Source: Candidatus Methanomassiliicoccus intestinalis Issoire-Mx1 (GTDB lineage: Archaea > Thermoplasmatota > Thermoplasmata > Methanomassiliicoccales > Methanomassiliicoccaceae). From it: 32,000 nucleotides of DNA. Under the pieces are notes generated by a model. That model ran no database searches, had not been told where the DNA came from, and saw nothing but the letters and a program-made list of their open reading frames with translations. The translations under genes were made by a program, and so were the position numbers. Below, one piece after another: positions 25,877 through 32,000 of this stretch. The first letter of the stretch is position 1. Every line of letters starts with the position of its first letter. Where the stretch lies: the NCBI RefSeq assembly GCF_000404225.1, contig NC_021353.1, positions 808,371 through 840,370 of the forward strand. Direction: 5' to 3'.

Positions 25877-26494
25877 TCAGAGATATCTGACTTTACCATT
25901 TTTTTCTGCTGGACTTAACTCAAGTGATACCCATAAACCAAGCGCTTTTCCAAGGTCATGCAAATAGTTTCCTGCAGCCATTGCATTTCTCTCAATTACT
26001 GCAGCATATCTATTCATTATATCGATTGTAGGAATGTACTCATCCTTTCTCATGATTTTATCAATCTGGAAATATCTGGATCTGCCATCTAATGATGAGT
26101 AATCTTCTTTCAGAAATTCCGGTTCTTCTGTAATTACAGCCTTTGAAAATCCAAGGTTTACAGATGCAGACTCTATTGTTCTTATTTCTTCTAATATCTG
26201 TCCCAATCCTCTTCTACCATTCAAAGAATTATTATGAAAATCTACCACTCTTACATCGGGATGATCTGCTTTCGCAGTTTTCTCGCATTCTCTTACCATG
26301 TGGAGAAGCTTTCCCATTTCATCGAACATGGTGAGCATAATTGAGAATGCCATTCTATCTCTCCCAGGGAATTTATCTGCTTCTGCCAGTGCATGATATG
26401 AATTGGCATTTTCTAGTATGTGATCTGCAAGTGCAGCTGTTGTAAAAAATGCTTCGTCCCTGACAATATAGACTACATCCGGGTTACTGCTCAT
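25877..26494 (-). CDS. hypothetical protein (205 aa, soluble, no motif recognised)
   Basis: Long ORF with an ATG start and balanced composition. Convergent with the cobQ pair (2-nt spacer between stops) and divergent from the ABC operon. Confidence 0.6.
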   Translation of the reverse strand: MSSNPDVVYIVRDEAFFTTAALADHILENANSYHALAEADKFPGRDRMAFSIMLTMFDEMGKLLHMVRECEKTAKADHPDVRVVDFHNNSLNGRRGLGQILEEIRTIESASVNLGFSKAVITEEPEFLKEDYSSLDGRSRYFQIDKIMRKDEYIPTIDIMNRYAAVIERNAMAAGNYLHDLGKALGLWVSLELSPAEKNGKVRYL

Positions 26495-26659
26495 AACGCT
26501 TTAAGTGGGGAGCAAATAATTAATGTTTTTCCCTCAGGATGATTAATTTATTATCAATTAGTTTTGATTTCTCATACATAATCTCTTTTTTTTCATTATC
26601 TTTTTTGTCTAAATTGACATACATGTTATATTAACTACATCCACATGCCACCTCAACGT

Positions 26660-26673
26660 CCCCCAGGAGGGGG
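26660..26673 (+). promoter_or_regulatory. CCCCC-AGGA-GGGGG hairpin embedding the Shine-Dalgarno of the ABC operon
   Basis: 5-bp all-GC inverted repeat read directly. The GGAGG lies in the loop and 3' arm, and the ATG at 26680 is 6 nt downstream. Confidence 0.3.
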
Positions 26674-26679
26674 AACAAT

Positions 26680-27396
26680 ATGTCAGCTATTGAAGTAACT
26701 AATCTCGTCAAAGAATTTGGTGGAGTCCGTGTCGTTGACGGCGTCTCCTTCTCTGTGAATGAGGGGGAAGTATTCGGACTTATAGGGCCAAATGGTGCAG
26801 GAAAAAGTACGACTTTGCGTATGATCTCTACACTTCTCCAGATAACTTCTGGAACCATAACTATGTTTGGACATGATGTTGAAACAGAACCTAATGAAGT
26901 AAGAAAAATTTTGAGTTATCTTCCAGAAGAGTCAGGCGCTTATAAAGATCTAACTGGAAAAGCATACCTTGATTTCTTTTCTAGATTCTTTGGAGATGGA
27001 AAAGCGGCGCAGGAAATTGCTGAGCGTGGGAAAAATATTTCTGGTTTAGGCGATAGACTCAATGATAAAATCAGCACGTACAGCAAGGGAATGACCCGCC
27101 GTCTGCTTGTTGGAAGGGCACTTATGTTCAAGCCAAAATTAGCGATTCTTGATGAATTAACCTCAGGTTTGGATGTTATCAGTGCTCAGAAGGTAAGGGC
27201 AACTGTAAAACAGACGACAAAAGAAGGCACGACTGTTATCGTATCTTCTCACAATATGCTTGAAGTGGAACTTATCTGCGATCGCATAGCACTGATTGCA
27301 AAAGGGAAAATTTTAGAAATTGGCACCCCTCAGGATCTTAAAGTAAAATATGATGCTTCAAACATAGAGGAAGTCTTCGTGAAGGTGGTAGGATGA
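26680..27396 (+). CDS. ABC transporter ATP-binding protein
   Basis: 238 aa. Walker [10 protein letters not shown], signature YSKGMTRRL, Walker [13 protein letters not shown]-loop SSHNM. Confidence 0.93.
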   Translation: MSAIEVTNLVKEFGGVRVVDGVSFSVNEGEVFGLIGPNGAGKSTTLRMISTLLQITSGTITMFGHDVETEPNEVRKILSYLPEESGAYKDLTGKAYLDFFSRFFGDGKAAQEIAERGKNISGLGDRLNDKISTYSKGMTRRLLVGRALMFKPKLAILDELTSGLDVISAQKVRATVKQTTKEGTTVIVSSHNMLEVELICDRIALIAKGKILEIGTPQDLKVKYDASNIEEVFVKVVG

Positions 27397-28688
27397 AACC
27401 ACTCTTGAACATTTTAAGAAAAGAAATTAAGGAGCTTCTTACGCCTGCAACTTTCATACCAGTTGTAATCATAGCGATTCTTTTTGCTTCGTTAGGCGGA
27501 TTCATGAGTGGTATAACTGATGATCTGACTGAAACTCCTGCAGTTGGTATTGTTGATGAAGACAATGGCAACCTTTCCACAATAGTCTTGGATTCCATAA
27601 CGAGTAATTCTAAACCTATCAGCCTCGATGACAATATGGATATAAATCAAATGCTTGAGAAGGTGAAAAGTTCAGATGGAACCGCATTAATAATCATTCC
27701 AGAGGGATTCAGTGAAACTATAGCGAGCGGCAAGCAAGCCTCTCTGGATGTATATTACATCATGAACTCAACAGGTATGTTGGAGTCTTTCCCCTCATCA
27801 ATGGTTATGGCGATCATATCCCAAGCTTCCAATGATCTGTCTGCTCATATGATTGAAAAATCAGGCATATCTTCAGACATACCCACAGCTGTATTGCAGA
27901 ACCCTATTTCTCAGGGAACTAATGTGAATACATATTTCAATGGAAATGTCATGGAAGATATTACTCCAGATTTGGTTAGCGCTTCCCTTTCGTCTAATTC
28001 ATTCATTGTCCCCATAATCGTGATGATGATTGTTATCATGGCAGGCGGAATTGTAATCTCTTCAATGGGTATGGAAAAAGAGAACAAAACGCTCGAGACT
28101 CTGTTGACTATGCCTGTAAAGCGTAGTCAGATTGTAGTAGGAAAGCTAGCTGCAGCCGCAATAGTAGGCTTGGTCATGGCTTTGATTTACATGGTTGGTA
28201 TGATTATCTACATGGATTCTCTAATGTCTGGTGCTCAAGTAGATCTTGTACAGTATGGTATGTCTCTAGGGATTGTTGATTATCTATTGCTCGGCATATC
28301 ATTGTTCCTTGCCATTCTTTCTGCTCTAGCACTCTGCATGATACTGGGAATATTTGCTAAAGATTACAAAACTGCTCAGGGACTCATCATGCCTGTAACA
28401 TTTTTGGCAATGGTACCATTCTTTGTGATTATGCTGTTTGATTTCAACGCTCTACCAACAGCTATACAGGGACTTTTGTTTGCAATTCCATTCAGTCACC
28501 CTATGATGGCAATAAATAATCTGATGCTGGATAATTATTCGATAGTTCTTGCAGGTATAGGGTACGAACTGCTCTTTGCAGCAGTAATGATTGTAATTGC
28601 AGTCATACTGTTCAAAAAAGACATTCTGATCACAGGCCGTTCAAAGAAAAAACCCAAAAATCAAATAGTGAATGAGGAAGGCCAATAA
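27393..28688 (+). CDS. ABC-2 family permease with a large extracytoplasmic loop (NatB-like layout)
   Basis: 431 aa, ATGA overlap with the ATPase gene. One N-terminal TM, an approximately 170-aa hydrophilic loop, then five or six C-terminal TM segments. Confidence 0.85.
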   Translation: MKPLLNILRKEIKELLTPATFIPVVIIAILFASLGGFMSGITDDLTETPAVGIVDEDNGNLSTIVLDSITSNSKPISLDDNMDINQMLEKVKSSDGTALIIIPEGFSETIASGKQASLDVYYIMNSTGMLESFPSSMVMAIISQASNDLSAHMIEKSGISSDIPTAVLQNPISQGTNVNTYFNGNVMEDITPDLVSASLSSNSFIVPIIVMMIVIMAGGIVISSMGMEKENKTLETLLTMPVKRSQIVVGKLAAAAIVGLVMALIYMVGMIIYMDSLMSGAQVDLVQYGMSLGIVDYLLLGISLFLAILSALALCMILGIFAKDYKTAQGLIMPVTFLAMVPFFVIMLFDFNALPTAIQGLLFAIPFSHPMMAINNLMLDNYSIVLAGIGYELLFAAVMIVIAVILFKKDILITGRSKKKPKNQIVNEEGQ

Positions 28689-28696
28689 TCCTTCCT

Positions 28697-28855
28697 TCAT
28701 TCATCTTCTTTTTTTGAAACATACTTTTCATAAAACGTCCACAGCCCCCACACTATCAAAAAAATTCCTACGATCCAATTAAGCAGATCTCTGAATACGA
28801 TGACTAATATACCAAATATTATGGCTATGATCGCCAACCACAAACTAGAATTCAT
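28697..28855 (-). CDS. possible 52-aa two-TM membrane peptide
   Basis: Not in the ORF track: MNSSLWLAIIAIIFGILVIVFRDLLNWIVGIFLIVWGLWTFYEKYVSKKEDE. ATG at 28855, TGA at 28697-28699. Supported only by hydrophobic periodicity. Confidence 0.35.
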   Translation of the reverse strand: MNSSLWLAIIAIIFGILVIVFRDLLNWIVGIFLIVWGLWTFYEKYVSKKEDE

Positions 28856-29353
28856 ATCTTGTTAATCTCTAAGTACAGTTGATAATCTCATTGTGATTTC
28901 ATAACGAAAAATAATGATATTGGCGTTATAACAGCGATATCAGTATGTTTTTCAATTTCAAATATGATTAGTTTGCTATGTAGCAAATGCTGTTAAATGT
29001 ACTAAGGGGCCAGCTTGGTAGAATGTGCCTGATTATTGCAAACACAACCTATCAGAACGAGGTTGCGAACTATTTTCAAGCACATATCTGTAATATGTAT
29101 AGTTCACAAGATCATATTACTCTCCATGATCAACACCTTTACAACATATCAACACCACTTCATGAACTCTTCAATGATGAAATTGTATTAAAATAGTCTA
29201 AACTGGATCTCGTATATACCAAATTGCTGTTGTGTGTTACTAGACTAAGATCTTCTGAACAGAATATAATCTGGTAATCATCTAAGGCTAAGCCAGGTCA
29301 TCACACAATATTTAAGTATCTAACGGATACTCTTCCTTTCTGGAGACAACATA

Positions 29354-29686
29354 TTGGCATCGAATACAGCATACAATAAGTTCGGCAATGATCGTAAACA
29401 GCAATCCTCTAAGAAGCGTCCTAAGAATCAGACTCCAAGGACTTCTATGCTAAACCTTCATAGACTCGGACCATTCAAATATGATTTAAGAGAGATACTG
29501 AATGCATCACCAATGGACAAATCAATGATTCCTACCGTTGTAGCAAATATCATTGCCAAAGCGTCCAGAGTATCAGTAAGAGAAACTAAAGAATATATCC
29601 GCAGTATTGAAGCAGAAGGTGTAATTGATAAAATTGCTGCTGACGATACCTGCACACTACTTGATCGTTATTCAAAGTGGAGATAA
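29354..29686 (+). CDS. hypothetical small basic protein, possibly winged-helix-like
   Basis: 110-aa ORF from a TTG, or 79 aa from the ATG at 29447. Basic disordered N-terminus, then a helical segment ...RVSVRETKEYIRSIEAEGVIDKI. Isolated between two long non-coding stretches. Confidence 0.45.
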   Translation: MASNTAYNKFGNDRKQQSSKKRPKNQTPRTSMLNLHRLGPFKYDLREILNASPMDKSMIPTVVANIIAKASRVSVRETKEYIRSIEAEGVIDKIAADDTCTLLDRYSKWR

Positions 29687-29754
29687 GCAAAACTGATTTT
29701 TCAATAATGACTAGCTGAACGTCCTTATTGTTTATAATCGCAATGCAGTCATAT

Positions 29755-29800
29755 GTGAGATTTCAGCATAACGATCAGTTTATGCTGCTTGTTTTCTCAC
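29755..29800 (+). other. extended interrupted hairpin (outer GTGAGA/TCTCAC, inner CAGCATAA/TTATGCTG)
   Basis: Read directly: 6-bp outer helix (29755-29760 / 29795-29800) and 8-bp inner helix (29764-29771 / 29780-29787). Confidence 0.45.
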
Positions 29801-29819
29801 TTTGCGATTCTTCGTAGAT

Positions 29820-29853
29820 CTTTATGCGGTTTGTAGTAGTTTACTGCATAAAG
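29820..29853 (+). other. 10-bp hairpin CTTTATGCGG / CTGCATAAAG with a 14-nt loop
   Basis: One G-U pair if transcribed from the plus strand, or a C-A mismatch on the minus strand. Shares the TTATGC/GCATAA core with the preceding hairpin. Confidence 0.4.
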
Positions 29854-29943
29854 AAAGTCGCTCATATGTTACAGAATGCGTTCTTTTGAAACTATGTCAA
29901 CATTCTAAATATATCTGGAGTATAATTTGGATTATGTGGGATT

Positions 29944-29974
29944 CGCAGTGAAGATCTGTAGCTGTCTCACTGCG
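29944..29974. other. 8-bp hairpin CGCAGTGA / TCACTGCG with a 15-nt loop
   Basis: Perfect inverted repeat about 60 nt beyond the stop of the minus-strand DEAD-box helicase gene. Confidence 0.4.
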
Positions 29975-30032
29975 TATTACCCTCGCCGAAGCTTCATTTT
30001 TATTGATTGAAGAGTGAGTTATATGCAATAAC

Positions 30033-31442
30033 TCAGCTCTTATATGGTCTTGCACCTAACCGTTTTCCTTTAAAGTTCATCTGGTTTAGAGATCTAATTG
30101 CACGCATAGCGACACTTTTATGCAATTCTATTACGGATGTTTTAGCTCCAATCGTTATTTTTCCAATCATCATCTCACTTATTCTGGCTTTTCTTATCAG
30201 GAGCTCTAAAATCTCATTGGTAGTAGTTCCAGTAGAGCATCCAGCTGATATTTCAATATTGACCATTCCGAAAATATCTGCCATCTCGTCAAAGTCAAGC
30301 ACCTCATGCACGTTTGCATTTGTTTTTTCAGTTGTGGTTGGAACTTCAAACTTAGGAATTTTTGTCTCTGTAAATGCTTCTACGGCCTCAAGAAGGTGCA
30401 TCTCATCCGAAGATACGAATGTTATGGCTCTTCCTTCTTTACCTGCTCTTCCAGTACGACCTATGCGGTGGACATATGTTTCAGGGCTATCTGGAATGTC
30501 ATAATTGACAACCATCACAACTCCTTCGATATCTAATCCTCTCGCAGCCACATCAGTTGCTATCAGGATGTTTGTTTTACCTGATCTAAAATCTTTTAGA
30601 ACCCTTTCTCTTTTGGATTGGGAAAGATCTCCATGAATCGCCGCCACTGGGTATCCATAGGATTTCAATCTTTTTTCAATCATATCTACTATGAATTTTG
30701 TTTGTGCAAATACAATTGTTTTAGGTTTGTTAGCCTCAAGAATTCTACAGAGAGCCCAAATTTTATTTCTTCTGCCTATTGGGACGTACATTTGTTCTGT
30801 ATTAGGAAGAACTAATATGTCTTCAGATACTGAAATCGTCTGAGGATCTTTCATATATTTCTCGCTAAGAGCATGTATTTCACTAGGCATAGTTGCTGAG
30901 AACAACAGTGTCTGGTGGTTTTTCGGAAGCTTTGAAAGAACATACTTTATATCATCAATAAATCCCATGTCTAACATTCTGTCTGCTTCATCCAGTACCA
31001 TGTATTTTATTTCAGCAAGATCAAGAGTGCCTCTGTGAAGATGATCAATAACTCTTCCGGGTGTTCCGACAACTATGTCGACTCCCTGTCGCATGGCATT
31101 TATCTGGGGTTCGATCCCGGCTCCACCATAGACTGATAGAATCCTTAGGGAAACGTACTCTCCCAATCTTTTCATTTCTTCAGAAACCTGAACTGCAAGC
31201 TCTCTTGTAGGGCATAATATCAGGGCCGACGGCTTCTTCTTAGGTTCAATCATCTGTAGCAATGGGATACCAAATGCTGCAGTTTTTCCTGTACCTGTTT
31301 GAGCCTGTCCGATTATGTCATGCCCTTCAAGAATGACGGGTATTGTAGCGATCTGGACTGGAGACGGTTCTTCCCAGTCCATACTTCTTATTGCATCAAG
31401 TATACGGTCGTCAATACCCAATGATTCGAAAGTTTTAAGCAT
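30033..31442 (-). CDS. DEAD-box ATP-dependent RNA helicase with a DbpA-type C-terminal RNA-binding domain
   Basis: 469 aa. Q motif region, AQTGTGKT, PTRELA, DEAD, SAT, HRIGRTGRAG. C-terminal approximately 75 aa (...IEISAG...IGKITIG...) resembles the DbpA RBD. Confidence 0.95.
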   Translation of the reverse strand: MLKTFESLGIDDRILDAIRSMDWEEPSPVQIATIPVILEGHDIIGQAQTGTGKTAAFGIPLLQMIEPKKKPSALILCPTRELAVQVSEEMKRLGEYVSLRILSVYGGAGIEPQINAMRQGVDIVVGTPGRVIDHLHRGTLDLAEIKYMVLDEADRMLDMGFIDDIKYVLSKLPKNHQTLLFSATMPSEIHALSEKYMKDPQTISVSEDILVLPNTEQMYVPIGRRNKIWALCRILEANKPKTIVFAQTKFIVDMIEKRLKSYGYPVAAIHGDLSQSKRERVLKDFRSGKTNILIATDVAARGLDIEGVVMVVNYDIPDSPETYVHRIGRTGRAGKEGRAITFVSSDEMHLLEAVEAFTETKIPKFEVPTTTEKTNANVHEVLDFDEMADIFGMVNIEISAGCSTGTTTNEILELLIRKARISEMMIGKITIGAKTSVIELHKSVAMRAIRSLNQMNFKGKRLGARPYKS

Positions 31443-31526
31443 AATTCATCACACGATAAGTATCGTCTCCTGTCATCTGGAGGAAACTATGAAGCAGGAT
31501 AAGCAGAGTCCATATAAAACATTGTA

Positions 31527-32000
31527 TCATGTTTTTTCTGATACTAATTTCTTAAGTCCACTTATGGCTTTTTCGATGTTGGATATGCTTCCTTTTCTAC
31601 ATTCATGCTTAAATCCCAACTCATCAGCAAATTTTTCCGATAATTCTCTATAAGATCCATCGCTGTCTACTCCGGTATCAACATATAAACATCTTGAATA
31701 TGAGTCAAAAACCACATCTAAAAAAAAGTCTGCTGAATACCCTTGATCCTCAAGTTCGTTCAAATGTAATTCTTTTATGATGCCTTCTTTTCCTATTTCT
31801 GCCCATCCAGGCGTGCTGAACCAAGTGCCTGTACATATCTTCTTTTCATTTTTATATTCTTCAGGCCCCAAGACTGCTTCAATACAGTCAACACCCTCAA
31901 TCATCATCGCTGGAATATCCAATTCATCAGTAAAGTTTTCTAAAGCCTGACAGACTGCATATCCTATTAAAATGCCATCAACATCCTTTTTAACATCATC
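31527..32000 (-). CDS. DUF1638-like protein, 5'-truncated by the window edge
   Basis: The frame stays open to position 32000 (...DVKKDVDGILIGYAVCQALENFTDELDIPAMM...). The ILIGYAVC and TWFSTPGW patterns fit my recollection of DUF1638. Confidence 0.65.
   Translation of the reverse strand, partial: DDVKKDVDGILIGYAVCQALENFTDELDIPAMMIEGVDCIEAVLGPEEYKNEKKICTGTWFSTPGWAEIGKEGIIKELHLNELEDQGYSADFFLDVVFDSYSRCLYVDTGVDSDGSYRELSEKFADELGFKHECRKGSISNIEKAISGLKKLVSEKT

Noticed and set aside
29006-29075. GGGGCCAGCTTGGTAGAATG... resembling the 5' part of a tRNA (possible att-site remnant)
   Set aside because: I could not fold a D-arm, an anticodon arm or a T-arm (there is no GTTCRANNC), and there is no matching 3' acceptor strand.
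28987-29196. 69-aa plus-strand ORF ending in TAG, considered as a possible gene or a Pyl read-through candidate
   Set aside because: The composition (His/Asn/Gln/Tyr-rich, no hydrophobic core pattern) and lack of any start context look non-coding. Read-through of the TAG adds only an implausible 28-residue extension.
29174-29258. ATGATGA (C-box-like) and CTGA (D-box-like) motifs suggesting a C/D box sRNA
   Set aside because: The spacing is about 85 nt, too long for typical archaeal C/D sRNAs of about 50-70 nt. No internal D'/C' boxes occur at the expected 12-nt guide spacing, and there is no terminal stem.
30007-30815. Plus-strand ORFs of 165, 76 and 65 aa opposite the DEAD-box helicase
   Set aside because: Antisense to a gene with the complete set of DEAD-box motifs.
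1-32000. Search for CRISPR arrays, long direct or inverted repeats, IS elements, integrases, toxin-antitoxin pairs or a classical defence island
   Set aside because: I saw no regularly spaced repeats and no transposase, integrase or Cas-like ORFs. The only nuclease-helicase candidate is embedded in housekeeping genes.

Overview
This is an AT-rich archaeal chromosomal segment of densely packed, mostly housekeeping genes. The archaeal assignment rests on RFC small subunit, ribosomal protein L40e, a type IA topoisomerase with multiple zinc ribbons, a Thermoplasma-type nicotinate phosphoribosyltransferase with a C-terminal zinc knuckle, TATA-like boxes about 25-35 nt upstream of starts, and DUF1638. 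The gene set plus rare TAG stops suggests a Thermoplasmata or Methanomassiliicoccales-like organism, which is inference. I call 32 CDSs: rfcS, rpl40e, eno, NAPRTase, OsmC, two ABC-2 exporter operons, a split COG0523 GTPase, topA, nikR, a FUSC-family membrane protein, an AsnB-like PP-loop protein, folC, nth, cobQ plus a truncated cobQ paralog, a DEAD-box helicase and several orphans. I found no rRNA, tRNA, CRISPR array, transposase or integrase. The most unusual locus is a 1326-aa single polypeptide at 18956-22936. It fuses a Cas4/Dna2-type iron-sulfur PD-(D/E)xK nuclease, an RNase H-like exonuclease-fold domain and a Dna2/Upf1-type SF1B helicase. It starts 6 nt after endonuclease III and is followed at about 1-28 nt by a DUF1294 membrane protein. 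Secondary points are an Nth with a Cys-to-His change in its Fe-S motif and two amidotransferase-type enzymes that lack glutaminase domains. Others are a COG0523 GTPase split into two coupled genes, an exported orphan with no canonical start codon for its signal anchor, a Lys/Thr-rich TopA tail, and a hairpin-rich non-coding zone around an orphan gene at 28.9-30.0 kb. All functional calls come from motifs read by eye, and no database search was possible.
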